From Eledone cirrhosa (Eukaryota), in the NCBI GenBank assembly GCA_964016885.1, contig OZ024752.1, positions 17,112,001 through 17,176,000 of the forward strand: a DNA stretch of 64,000 nt. Direction: 5' to 3'. The first letter of the stretch is position 1. Every line of letters begins with the position of its first letter. The translations under genes were made by a program, and so were the position numbers. Positions 24,897-37,334 of the stretch are shown piece after piece. Under the pieces are notes generated by a model. That model was not told the origin of the DNA and ran no database searches. It worked only from the letters and a program-made list of their open reading frames with translations.

Positions 24897-26245
24897 AGCT
24901 GTTCTCAAGTTGTTCTATTGCCCGTATCCCTTTTCTAAAATTTCAGTTTCTTTAAATCTATGATAACTAGATGGGAAAAATAAACACATTCCCTATTCTG
25001 TCCACCGGAGCTGCGGATCAGCCTGCGCATGGGCCCCCATTTGCTTATAGTGAAAGATGAGGAGAGCGAGAAAGACGGAGGCAGTGAGTGAAAGAGAGAG
25101 GACATCAATACTTATTTATTTGTATTCATCAAATGACTACTACTAGAGAGAAAGTAAAAAATGTTCAAGACATGGAAATTTGTTGTTAAAAGCAACACGA
25201 ATACTATTCTAAAGATCAATTAGATCAAGTGATGCCTGTGCGTGAAGCTTTTTAAAGTGAAGAAAAGCCTTGTAGTGGACCAATCCCACTCTCTGAACAA
25301 CGGTGACAGGTATCCAAGATGAACATGTCAACATCATACATACAATTATTAAATGTATGATAACTAGATCCGAAAAAGAAACACAAGAGAAAATAAAATA
25401 GTTTATTTAAAAATACAAAATGTATAAAAGTATTTTTATTTGTCGTTATTTTTCTTGTCTTATTTTTGCTAAACAATGTTTAAGACATGGGAATTTGTTG
25501 TTAAAGGCAACACGAATATTATTGTAAAGGTTTAAGTGGTTTCTAAACTTCGTTGTCTTATATAGAAAAGTTGAAAATCACAACTCGCATAAACCCGTTG
25601 TAGCAAATGGAAGCGGAATCATTGCTGACCAAAACTGCTCAAATTAATTTTTATCCCAACTCAACTTTCATGACCTGTTTGACTCCTAGATCAATTAGAT
25701 CTTCTTTAAATTCATTATCGTTCGATATTTTTTGTAAATCGAAGAGAAACGGACCAATAAGCCACTGTTCTGCTAGTTGTAGAGATACTCCTGAAAAATA
25801 CTCATGAAATGATTTGCACAGTATTTGAAGCTGTACAATAAATGTTCAGTGTTTAACTAGAATTGGTGAATTAAAAAGAATATTCCATCATCTTCATTTA
25901 TTCAAGTGAAACCAAATTCATGATAGTCTTCATTGCATTTTCTCACTTTGGATATTGATATATTTAATTGTGACCTGGAATGCTAAAAAATATTAATTAT
26001 TAAAGCGTAAAAAGATTTAATATTCAAAGTTTTTAACAATATAATTTTTATTAATTTAAATTCCATTTGCTTAAAGTTCATTTGGGTTCACAATTAAAAC
26101 TTTAATCCCCAAGTTGAAATATACGCGGATAAAATTACATTTACTTTAGAGTTCAGTATATTATCTCTAATATTTCGGTGAAAAGATACAAACCACAATT
26201 GAAAAGTATTCAACACCTATCAATTGGTTGCTTAGGGTTGACCTA
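24897..26245 (-). mobile_element. Degenerate hAT (Charlie/Buster-like) transposon relic
   Basis: The minus strand at about 25528-25640 reads EQFWSAMIPLPFATTGLCEL*FSTFLYKTTKFRNHLN, resembling the hAT dimerization motif PFATTYLCESGFS. A TIR-like CAGCTGTTCTCAA is at 24897. Confidence 0.6.
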
Positions 26246-26908
26246 TTTTACAATAATTGTTTCTACTTTTGGCACAAGGCCAGCAATTATCCAGTGTATT
26301 ACTGGTACTTTATTTTATCGACTCCGTAAGGATGAAAGGCAAAGTTAACCTCGGCGGGATTTGAACTCAGAATGGCAAGGGCCGTAACTCTATGCGTCAA
26401 AACATGGCGTCCGACCCTACAATAATATTAACCTTCCAGACAGGCTTCTTTCTAAACATTGCTCTGAATATTAATAGATTTAATTAAAACTACACCCTAT
26501 AATAAGGAAAACATTACGCATCAGGAAAGTTCGACTGGATTCACTCTTTCTCTGTGTATTCGTATCAGCTTCCAAAATTTATAGCTAAAAGGCTTATTCG
26601 TAAACATACCATATATCGCTAGATATACAAAATACACATACTTATATGTATACAACTATATTGCAGCGAACACCTTAATTAATAATATAACTTTAATCGG
26701 ATAAATATGAGCTTGTTTATTAGACTATATCTAATAAACATGTAGCTAAATTTTAATGTATTTGATTCTACTTTAAACACACTTTATCATAACATAGATC
26801 ACATATATATATATATGATGACATATATTTCTATATATATTCGGATACCTAACGGGACCGAAGACCCCATATAGAGGGAATCAGTTCTCAACCAAGATAT
26901 ATTCACCA

Positions 26909-27390
26909 ACGAGATATGCCAATACGAACCCTTTTGAAATAATATAAGGATATGGCAGTTCTCCTAAAAATAAAAATCCTCACAATATGAGAAAGTGTCA
27001 AATATTTTCGGAATTAAGAATTTCCGAAAATATCGAATTGAAAATAGCGAGTTTGGCTTATAACATCTACCTCCCTTCTTCTGATTAGTGAATGCTAAAG
27101 CTGGCGCATTAGTGCACCAGCTCCTGCAATTCTTGCACTTAATTAAGCCTTAAAAAGTAAATTATAATGAGGTTAGGCCTAATATTTAAATATTTTGAAT
27201 TACATTCTAACTTCATTTAACACTCTACATACTAATTACAGACACTTTCTGGATTTATATTTTAACTTTCGGCTAACATGTTAAAATCCGAAAATATTTG
27301 ACACTTTCTCATATTATGAATATTTTTATTTTTAAAAGAACTGCCTTATCCTTATATTATTTCAAAGGAGTTCGTTCTGGCATATCTCGT
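26909..27390. repeat. Imperfect inverted repeat with about 105-bp arms (MITE/foldback-like)
   Basis: 26909-27012 is the approximate reverse complement of 27287-27390. Spacer segment 27156-27267 recurs at 28370-28481. Confidence 0.7.
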
Positions 27391-27823
27391 GAGAGAATAT
27401 TTCTTAAAATGTTTAGAAGATTCAGACGTCGACTTAGTTGATAAGTTTTAAGAAGATCTAGTTAGAAAATTCACTTAACCGAGTCACAGAGAAGCCTGAT
27501 AAAAACTAGATACGTCAGGTCAAAAACAGAAGAACTAAGTCCAAATATTTTGCCAGACTAAATCCTAGCCAGAAAACCCTCTAATTATAAGATTTTCAAT
27601 CGGAAAATTAGGGAATTGGGGTATTTAAGATGTATGTGTCTAACTTACATGCTGGTGTATGTCTGCATCTTATTGAAAGCCCATGATAGGGAGGTATTAC
27701 ATCTTTAAAGTTATGGAGGAAGGGACCCAAAAGGGTGTCATACTCCATAGTATATACATAGGTATCTGTTGGACCACTATCGTTTTCGACGGTGAGTGAT
27801 CAAGTTATTCGATCAATGGAGCA

Positions 27824-27824
<1 letters not shown>

Positions 27825-27854
<30 letters not shown>

Positions 27855-28350
27855 CTTCTTCTTCTTCTTCTTCTTCTTCTTCTTCTTCTTCTTCTTCTTC
27901 TTGAGAGGGTCGTCGAGGCAGAGTAATCAAACACTCCTTCCAGTGGTCCTGTCAGAAGCAACCATTTCCCGTTGCTCCGGCTGGATCCCCAAGCGAGACT
28001 AACCAAGCTCATGGTTGTTATCCAACCATCTTACTCGGGGTCTACCTCTGTGTCTTCTGCCGATTGGTTTTTGCCCTAAAATCTGTCCAGCGATTATTTG
28101 CTGATACATTCTAACCACATGCCCACAGTATCGGATCGGTTATATCTCAATTCAGAGAAGTAGTGGCTCTACATGGAGTGACTCTCTATCGAGTAAATGT
28201 TACTCCAAATACCTTTCGGGGGAACCTCGTTTCGGCTGCTTGTAACCGCAATCGTATTCTTTCGGTTATTACCAAGATTCATGACCATAGGTAAGGGTTA
28301 GCACGAATATCAAATTGAAGATAGTTGAGCTTTTACACCTACCTCTCTTC
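27825..28350 (-). mobile_element. RTE-type LINE 3' fragment with (GAA)n tail
   Basis: Minus strand reads GHVVRM...GRRHRGRPRVRWLD, followed by a (GAA)n tail seen as (TTC)n on the plus strand at 27825-27902. Confidence 0.65.
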
Positions 28351-28611
28351 TGATTACCGAATGCTGAAGAGTAAATTATAATGAGGTTAGGCTTAATATT
28401 TAAATATTTAAAATTATATTCTAATTTCATTTAACACTCTACATACTAATTACAGACAACCTCTGGATTTATATTTTAACTGTTCGTTTTAGTGTTGATT
28501 CCTATTCCTTTGAAGACCATAAATATATATGGAGGAGAATGACTGATATAATCAATTATCGATCGTCAAGATCCTAGACCTCAATCGCTTACTGAGTGGG
28601 ATGGAGCTCGT

Positions 28612-28672
28612 CAAATCGAACTCGCAACCTCACGTTTGCGAATCCAATTCTCTAACCACTAAGCCACGCGCG
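28612..28672 (-). mobile_element. tRNA-like SINE head fragment
   Basis: A-box TGGCTTAGTGG and B-box-like GAGTTCGATT. No complete cloverleaf. Confidence 0.55.
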
Positions 28673-28827
28673 TTCACTAATCAACTATACACAGTTATAT
28701 TGGAGGATTTATTCTGTAAGGGTTTCTGATTTAGGCACAAGGCCAGAAATTTTGGAGTGGGAAAGTCGATTAAATTGACCCCAGTGCATTACTGATGCTT
28801 TATTTTATCGATCCCGTAAGGATGAAA

Positions 28828-29198
28828 GGAAGCCGTAGCTATGCAACGGCTTCCTAAAATCGTATTTCTTTAGAAATACGAAACTTCTATACATATTGTA
28901 TAAAGCTATGCTTGAAGCGAAATCTTATTTCTTTTCTATTATATGTTGAGCCAACTTATGCAGCTTCATATGCAAATGAGATTAATCACCTCATTTACAC
29001 AGACGAGAAAACTATATATTCTCGGTTGTTTTCAAGTCCAGCAGTCGCAAAGCGGTGGAGGGATCGTCCTGACGATGGCCAGTCAAGCCTGAAATGCATA
29101 GACAGTTGTCCCCCTTGCTTCTGCTGGACATCACCAGAGGGCGTTAGCATAGCTACGGCTTCCTAAAATCGTATTTCTTTAGAAATACGAAATTTCTA
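28828..29198 (+). mobile_element. Non-autonomous Helentron-associated (HINE/DINE-like) element
   Basis: 17-bp inverted repeat GGAAGCCGTAGCTATGC (28828) / GCATAGCTACGGCTTCC (29147), followed by the hairpin CGTATTTCT-TT-AGAAATACG. The same hairpin occurs at 28861, 51954 and 53080. Confidence 0.55.
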
Positions 29199-29518
29199 TA
29201 CACACATATATATATGTGTGTGTGTGTGTCTGTATGTGTGTATGTATGGTGATGGAGGTGTTGGTAGCTGTGGTAGTGGTGTGTGAGTGTATATATATAT
29301 ATATATATATATGTTTGTGTGTGTGTGTGGTGGGGGAGTATTTGTCGTATATGAGGTAACAGGTGTGATATGATAATTGGAAATCATTTGAAAATGTCAG
29401 GTCAAATTTTGATGACAAGATAGTGTGACATGCATAATTCATTGAACAGGTTAAGCAACAAGTCTTTGAAACCACAAAACACACTGAGTTTTTTGTTTCA
29501 TAGACGTCATTTTGTTAC

Positions 29519-31487
29519 TGAAAATTGCAACTACTTCCTGTAGAAGAGAAAATTAGCACTACTTCCTGTAGAAGAGAAAATTACCACTACTTCCTGTAGA
29601 AGAGAAAATTACAACTACTTTCTGTAGAAGAGAAATTTGCTACTTCCCGTAGAAGAGCACATTACAACTATTTCCTGTAGAAGAGAAAAATACAACTACT
29701 TCCTGTAGACGAGAAAATTACAACTACTTCCTGTAGAAGAGAAAATTACAACTACTTCCTGTAGAAGAGAAAATTACAACTACTTCCTGTAGACGAGAAA
29801 ATTACAATTACTTCCTGTACAAGAAAAAATTACAACTACTTCGTCTAGATAAGAACATTACAACTACTTCCTGTAGAAGAGCACATTACAACTACTTTCT
29901 GTAGAAGAGAAAAATACAACTACTTCCTGTAGAAGAGAAAAATACAACTACTTCCTGTAGAAGAGAAAATTACAACTACTTACTGTAGAAGAGAAATTTG
30001 CTACTTCATGTAGAAGAGAAAATTACAACTTGCTGTAGAAGAGAAAATTACAACTATTTCCTCTAGAAGAGAAAAATACAACTACTTCCTGTAGACGAGA
30101 AAATTACAACTACTTCCTGTAGAAGAGAAAATTACAACTACTTCCTGTAGAAGAGAAAAATACAACTACTTCCTCTAGAAGAGAAAAATACAACTACTTC
30201 CTGTAGACGAGAAAATTACAACTACTTCCTGTAGACGAGAAAATTACAACTACATCCTGTAGAAGAGAAAATTACAACTACTTCCTGTAGAAGAGAAAAT
30301 TACAACTACTTCCTGTAGAAGAGAAAAATACAACTACATCCTGTAGAAGAGAAAAATACAACTATTTCCTGTAGAAGAGAAAATTACAATTACTTCCTGT
30401 AGACGAGAAAATTACAATTACTTCCTGTAGAAGAGAAAAATACAACTACTTCCTGTAGAAGAGAAAAATACAACTACTTCCTGTAGAAGAGAAAATTACA
30501 ACTACTTACTGTAGAACAGAAATTTGCTACTTCCTGTAGAAGAGAAAATTACAACTTGCTGTAGAAGAGACAATTACAACTATTTCCTCTAGAAGAGAAA
30601 AATACAACTACTTCCTGTAGACGAGAAAATTACAACTACTTCCTGTAGAAGAGAAAAATACAACTACTTCCTGTAGAAGAGAAAATTACCACTACTTCCT
30701 GAAGAAAAGAAAATTACAACTACTTTCTGTAGAAGAGAAATTTGCTACTTCCCGTAGAAGAGCACATTACAACTATTTCCTGTAGAAGAGAAAAATACAA
30801 CTACTTCCTGTAGACGAGAAAATTACAACTACTTCCTGTAGAAGAGAAAATTACAACTACTTCCTGTAGAAGAGAAAATTACAACTACTTCCTGTAGACG
30901 AGAAAATTACAATTACTTCCTGTACAAGAGAAAATTACAACTACTTCGTCTAGATAAGAACATTACAACTACTTCCTGTAGAAGAACACATTACAACTAC
31001 TTTCTGTAGAAGAGAAAAATACAACTACTTCCTGTAGAAGAGAAAAATACAACTACTTCCTGTAGAAGAGAAAATTACAACTACTTACTGTAGAAGAGAA
31101 ATTTGCTACTTCCTGTAGAAGAGAAAATTACAACTTGCTGTAGAAGAGAAAATTACAACTATTTCCTCTAGAAGAGAAGAATACAACTTCTTCCTGTAGA
31201 CGAGAAAATTACAACTGCTTCCTGTAGAAGAGAAAATTACAACTACTTCCTGTAGAAGAGAAAATTACAACTACTTCCTGTAGAAGAGAAAAATACAACT
31301 ACTTCCTGTAGACGAGAAAAATACAACTACTTCCTGTAGAAGAGAAAAATACAACTATTTCCTGTAGAAGAGAAAATTACAATTACTTCCTGTAGACGAG
31401 AAAATTACAATTACTTCCTGTAGAAGAGAAAAATACAACTACTTCCTGTAGAAGAGAAAAATACAACTACTTCCTGTAGAAGAGAAC
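29519..31487. repeat. 28-bp minisatellite (AAAATTACAACTACTTCCTGTAGAAGAG), about 70 units
   Basis: Direct tandem units with point variants. Rare variants recur at 1105-bp spacing. Confidence 0.96.
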
Positions 31488-31589
31488 ATACATGTAAAAT
31501 ATGTCCAGAAAAACCTTTAAAATTGAAATTTATAAATTAAAACAATAAAAAAGTAAAAATCTCAAATAGCATCTCAGATATGATATTTT

Positions 31590-32100
31590 ATCCACCCAGC
31601 TGGACGGAGGGGACGGCAAAAGGCCAGACGGTATGACCATCTTCCCGTTCCGCGGTGGAAAACCCCACGTCTGGGATGCCACTTGCAGTGACACTTTCTC
31701 CAGCCTTAACCTGGTGCAGTCTGCGACTAACCCAGGTTCTGCTGCACGTCGGGCTGAGGAGGGCAAACTATCCAAGTACCGGTCACTCTCCGACAGGTTC
31801 GCGGTCGTGCCCTTGGCAGTGGAAACTTCTGGTGTCCTTGGCCCTTGGGCTTCCTCCATACTCACCACCATAGGCGCTGATCTGGCCAGCCGCAGATGTG
31901 ACCCTCGCGAGATGGAATGGCTGTTCCAGCGCATCTCCCTTACCATCCTCCGGGGAAACGCCTTCTCCATTCTGTCCGCCGGGGCTGTGGGAAGGCCAGC
32001 ACGTGGGATCCCATTTGCTCATAATACAGAGAGATGGGGAGGGCGAGAAAGAGGGAGGCGATGACAGTGGGAGTTCGGCTCCTCCATGTTCGGACCATAC
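31590..32100 (+). mobile_element. CRE-clade non-LTR retrotransposon 3' fragment (restriction-like endonuclease)
   Basis: DGKRPDG...WDATC...AEEGKLSKY...PLAVETSG...FQRISLTILRGNAFSIL. Confidence 0.8.
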
Positions 32101-32343
32101 CCTTGAAATATATAAAGATGGAAATTTCAACAATTCCTAGACATTACCTTTTACTATTTTATATCTATTAATCAACTTGACCGGATGGGAGATAGACGTT
32201 ATTTTGTAAATAAACCGATTTTAGGATGAATAACGTACGAATGAGCAGAGACCACAGAATACCATGTTGTTAGAATGTGGTAAATATAACAAGGTACTGG
32301 AGGTATTCGCACAAAATCAGAGATGAGCTTACATATTGAGGGT

Positions 32344-32429
32344 TATCTGAGGATCTTTCGATTACAGAGTCAGGTTCGATCAATAATAGATCATTCCTCG
32401 AGCTGATCGACAGTGAAACATATGTAATA
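32344..32429 (+). ncRNA. Type I hammerhead ribozyme with long helix II
   Basis: TAT-CTGAGGA-TCTTTCGAT...ATCGACAGT-GAAA-CATATG-TA-ATA. Palindromic stem III ACATATGT and GUA site. Confidence 0.65.
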
Positions 32430-32566
32430 TGTTATTAAATATGTTATGATGCAATACTGACTCTTTGTTTCTTTATTCTTATACTATTATACTGTGCTCT
32501 GCGCGAGCATCGAGTGCTCATCCGGCATACCAACTACAGACGCAATTATCTTGCACCTAATCACTC

Positions 32567-32648
<82 letters not shown>

Positions 32649-32919
32649 TAAAACATGTCTTTAGAATCACTAGATATAATATATACCATTTCCTCTCCTA
32701 ATCACCATAATTAACCATATAAGAAATCAATTAGACCAAGCTATAAGAATAAAGGCTCCTATGAAGAAATCTCCGACAAATAACCGAAAGCAGCCCCTTC
32801 GCGGTGGCTGCGATGGAGTATTTATCGAACATTTCGACAACATGTAGAAATCGACCAGATGTACAGTCAACTAAACATAATTAGGTGTAAAATCAAACTT
32901 AGAAGAAATGCGTACATAC

Positions 32920-32993
32920 CTCTACCATGGTTTCATCCGTATTTTAAGACATCCGATAACAGGGAATGTCTAGAGCTTCGGATTCATCAGGAG
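32920..32993 (-). ncRNA. Type I hammerhead (family A, inverted copy)
   Basis: Reverse complement of the 33177-33250 motif. Confidence 0.8.
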
Positions 32994-33176
32994 TGAACTC
33001 AAAATTAGACATTTAATTTTCCAAAGTGATCGCGCCAAAAATACATTCAAAAATGGCTAAGAATCGTGACGTGGCAGCGGTCAAGCTAGAAAGGATGTGA
33101 TTAGTTGCTTACAACGTTTTTGAATGTATTTTTGGCGCGATCACTTTGGAAAATTAAATGTCTAATTTTGAGTTCA

Positions 33177-33250
33177 CTCCTGATGAATCCGAAGCTCTAG
33201 ACAGTCCCTGTTATCGGATGTCTTAAAATACGGATGAAACCATGGTAGAG
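33177..33250 (+). ncRNA. Type I hammerhead (family A)
   Basis: CTC-CTGATGA-ATCCG...CGGAT-GAAA-CCATGG-TA-GAG. Palindromic stem III ACCATGGT; predicted cleavage after 33247. Confidence 0.82.
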
Positions 33251-33832
33251 GTAATTAGGTATGTACGCATTTCTTCTAAGTTTGATTTTACACCTAATTA
33301 TGTTTAGTTGACTGTATATCTGGACGATTTCTACATGCTGTCGAAATGTTCGATAAATACTCCATCGTAGCCACCGCGAAGGGGCTGCTTTCGGTTATTT
33401 GTCGGAGATTTCTTCATAGGAGCCTTTATTCTTATAGCTTGGTCTAATTGATTTTTTATATGGTTAATTATGTTGATTGGGAGAGGAAATGGTATATATT
33501 ATATCTAGTGATTCTAAAGACATGTTTTATGATATATAGCTCTGATTATTTAATTTATTAATTCTTCATTGAGCCACAACGTGACCTGTTGCAAAACACA
33601 TATATATCTATGACTTTATATATATGTAAACCTTTATATGTAATAATCTCCCGTTTGGTTGAGATACAATTTGGCTATATTGGGCTGCGCTTTCAGCAAT
33701 AAGCCTACCCGCCGTAAGCAACTAATCACATCCTTTCTAGCTTGACCGCTGCCACGTCACGATTCTTAGGCATTTTTGAATGTATTTTTGGCACGATCAC
33801 TTTGGAAAATTAAATGTCTAATTTTGAGTTCA

Positions 33833-33906
33833 CTCCTGATGAATCCGAAGCTCTAGACAGTCCCTGTTATCGGATGTCTTAAAATACGGATGAAACCATG
33901 GTAGAG
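33833..33906 (+). ncRNA. Type I hammerhead (family A)
   Basis: Identical motif in the second tandem unit. Confidence 0.82.
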
Positions 33907-34488
33907 GTAATTAGGTATGTACGCATTTCTTCTAAGTTTGATTTTACACCTAATTATGTTTAGTTGACTGTATATCTGGACGATTTCTACATGCTGTCGA
34001 AATGTTCGATAAATACTCCATCGTAGCGACCGCGTAGGGGCTGCTTTCGGTTATTTGCCGGCGATTTCTTCATAGGAGCCTTTATTCTCATAGCTTGGTC
34101 TAATTGATTTTTTATATGGTTAATTATGCTGATTGGGAGAGGAAATGGTATATATTATATCTAGTGATTCTAAAGACATGTTTTATGATATATAGCTCTG
34201 ATTATTTAATTTATTAATTCTTCATTGAGCCACAACGTGACCTGTTGCAAAACACATATATATCTATGACTTTATATATATGTAAACCTTTATATGTAAT
34301 AATCTCCCGTTAGGTTGAGATACAATTTGGCTATATTGGGCTGCGCTTTCAGCAATAAGCCTACCCGCCATAAGCAACTAATCACATCCTTTTTAGCTTG
34401 ACCGCTGCCACGTCACGATTCTTAGCCATTTTTGACTGTATTTTTGGCGCGATCACTTTGGAAAATTAAATGTCTAATTTTGAGTTCA

Positions 34489-34562
34489 CTCCTGATGAAT
34501 CCGAAGCTCTAGACATTCCCTGTTATCGGATGTCTTAAAATACGGATGAAACCATGGTAGAG
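34489..34562 (+). ncRNA. Type I hammerhead (family A)
   Basis: Same motif in the third tandem unit. Confidence 0.82.
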
Positions 34563-34777
34563 GTAATTAGGTATGTACGCATTTCTTCTAAGTTTGATTT
34601 TACACCTAATTATGTTTAGTTGACTGTATATCTGGACGATTTCTGCATGCTGTCGAAATGTTCGATAAATACTCCATCGTAGCCACCGCGAAGGGGCTGC
34701 TTTCGGTTATTTGTCGGAGATTTCTTCATAGGAGCCTTTATTCTTATAGCTTGGTGTAATTGATTTTTTTATATGAC

Positions 34778-35418
34778 AAAGAGCTCAGGATTTCTTCTCC
34801 TTTGAGCACATTATTTACAGGGAATAGCGAGAGCCTATGCCTCCGTTAATTTATCGTGATATTTCGCTCCTAATAACAGTCTTTCCTACCTCAGTTTGGT
34901 TGAGCACACTTCTCTGAGTGGCTTTGGGCTGCCCTTTCTAGCAGTTCGTCCCCCAGAGGCCACTGGTTCACTGCCCTTAAACACGCTGTGACTTCTCCCT
35001 CCCATGTGTAGCTGGACAGTCAATTTTAAAATTCTCTTAGTGTTGTCTGAAATGTATAGCCTTACACACGGTGATGAACCGAGGCTAACCCATTGCTTTC
35101 AACAAATTATTGGTGAAACATATCTTTGGATTAGTGTCTTTGGATTTGTACGTGTGTTATATAGTTATAGAGGTATTTATTTACGCTTTAATTTATATTT
35201 TTAATTATCATGTCTATAGTCTGCCTTTCATAAATTATAGATTCCATACACTGGTGGTTTTTTTCCCCTGTTTTATTGATAACGCACTATATATCTCTCT
35301 CTGGTGTGTTACCTTTTCAACATATTGTATTTTAAAGAGCTCAAGATTTCTTCTCCTTTGAGCACATTATTTACAGGGAATAGCGAGGGCCTATGCCTCC
35401 GTTAATTTATCGTGTTAT

Positions 35419-35424
<6 letters not shown>
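34778..35424 (+). repeat. Element with direct terminal repeats of about 85 bp (partial tandem, pLTR-like)
   Basis: 34778-34861 recurs at 35334-35414, then (TA)n. A degenerate hammerhead-like GTGATGA-ACC...GGT-GAAA lies at 35071-35118. Confidence 0.55.
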
Positions 35425-35476
<52 letters not shown>

Positions 35477-35948
35477 GGGGTGGGGGTGCGCGCGTGTGTG
35501 TGAGTATGTATTTGTGAATGTGTCTGTTGACATCTGGAATATGGCTTAAGAGAAACTTGAAGATAATGGTATGATAGGCACTCAATATTTTGAACTGGTC
35601 TATAGAATTCTCTAGGCCTTTATCACTCTAAGAAGAATTAGCTTTTAAAGAATTTCCCTTTTCTTTAAATCCATCAACCATGACTGACCACCAACGATCT
35701 TATAGACACCTGAAATATAGGCATTGTTAGCTTAAGAGAAACTTAAAAATAAGGAGTGGCACCCCATTGTGAACTTGTTTATAGAATTCTTTCTGCCTTT
35801 GTTACTCTAAATATAAATTATAGCTTTAAAGAATTAGCTTTTATTGAATTCTCTTTTCTATCAACCAATGACCTCTACCCATCGCACTCCCCACCTTCCC
35901 CTACCACCTGAAGAGATCTATAAATACCATATTTATTTTTTGATACCC

Positions 35949-35999
35949 AGATTCCTGATGATTTCTAAAGAATGAAACAGTTCTAGTCCTGTAGAATCT
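35949..35999 (+). ncRNA. Compact type I hammerhead ribozyme
   Basis: AGATTC-CTGATGA-TTTC TAAA GAAT-GAAA-CAG TTCTAGTC CTG-TA-GAATCT. 6-bp stem I, 4-bp stem III and GUA site. Confidence 0.78.
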
Positions 36000-36096
36000 C
36001 ATCTATATTAAAACTTTTATGCTCTGCTATGTATTGAGTACCTTAATTACTGTGGTTACCTCCGATTCAACCCGGAATAACGTATATATATATAAC

Positions 36097-36147
<51 letters not shown>

Positions 36148-36338
36148 GGTTTGAGGTTCACCACTGTATAGAGCTGGTCTATTCCGTATGGTCAATCGTA
36201 ATGCAATAATATAGAGAGTACTCAACGTAAAGCAGTTCAACCGTCTTTGTTTTTGTAGTTGGTGGTGCTATTACGGAGTTAAATATTATAATGAAATGAC
36301 AGGAGGCTGGATTTGTCTAAATCCTTGAAAGGTTTATT

Positions 36339-36396
36339 ATACTATGATCATTTCAATGACCGGGTTCCGTATGAATCCGGTGATATCATCAGGTAT
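36339..36396 (-). ncRNA. Type I hammerhead (family C)
   Basis: Reverse complement of 37025-37082. Confidence 0.72.
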
Positions 36397-37024
36397 TCGA
36401 AATATAATACGTGAATGTAATAGATAAAATCCATGGGGATTTTAACTTCATCCTAGAAGTCTAAACACTATAACACACTGACTCCCAATATATTCACCTC
36501 TGCTAAGATGCGGGTCCCTGTGAACATTTTCTCGCGCCACTCCTGGCTTGACTGTGGCCTGACATTAATATCGACCTTTCTTCCTCTTTCTTTCTATCTT
36601 CCTTCTTGTAGCCATCAACCCTTACTTTTCTACTTCTCTCTTCCCTCCCTTCTCTTCTCCCCTCCTCCTGTCTTCCTCCCGCAGACTTATCTTCCTTCCC
36701 CCTCTTGCTTGCCTATATCTGACCAGTAGTAGTTGCCTTTCTTCTTTTAGCTGACATTAACCCTGACTTCTCTTCTTCTTTCTTCCCCCTTCTTCTCTCT
36801 CCTTCCTTTCTTTCTTTTACCTTGTGTCATGAGATCGACGTTAACTTATGCTACCATCCCTTTCTGTTTTCGTTTATCTGACCGGTAGTAGCATACTATA
36901 AACTTTAGTCACGTCACTCCAGGGCGACCGGCTGAGGTTGAAGGAACAGAATAGCGGTTGCCCTCGGGTCCTCGATTTTCAGCCCCATGGATTTTATCTA
37001 TTACATTCACGTATTATATTTCGA

Positions 37025-37082
37025 ATACCTGATGATATCACCGGATTCATACGGAACCCGGTCATTGAAATGATCATAGTAT
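37025..37082 (+). ncRNA. Type I hammerhead (family C)
   Basis: ATAC-CTGATGA-TATCACCGG...CCGGTCATT-GAAA-TGATCA-TA-GTAT. Palindromic stem III ATGATCAT. Confidence 0.72.
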
Positions 37083-37143
37083 AATAAACCTTTCAAGGAT
37101 TTACACAAATCCAGCCTCCTGTCATTTCATTATAATATTATAT

Positions 37144-37285
<142 letters not shown>

Positions 37286-37334
37286 TAAAACATGAGAAGA
37301 AAGAATACTGCGTGGTTGCACATGGGTTACATAT

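Larger units (their letters stand above)
32646..34772. repeat. Hammerhead-containing 656-bp unit: one inverted partial copy plus about 2.5 tandem copies (family A, retrozyme/pLTR-like)
   Basis: CTGATGA cores at 33180, 33836 and 34492 give a period of 656 bp. 32646-33110 is an inverted copy abutting (TA)n. Confidence 0.93.
36282..37138. mobile_element. Non-coding PLE-like insertion with about 155-bp inverted termini, each carrying a hammerhead
   Basis: 36282-36438 is the reverse complement of 36983-37138. The right end runs into a long (TA)n tract. Confidence 0.8.

Noticed and set aside
28612-28672. tRNA gene
   Set aside because: The acceptor and T stems are incomplete; this is a SINE head.
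29519-31487. CRISPR-like array (28-bp repeats)
   Set aside because: The units are directly adjacent with no unique spacers, there are no cas genes, and the context is eukaryotic.
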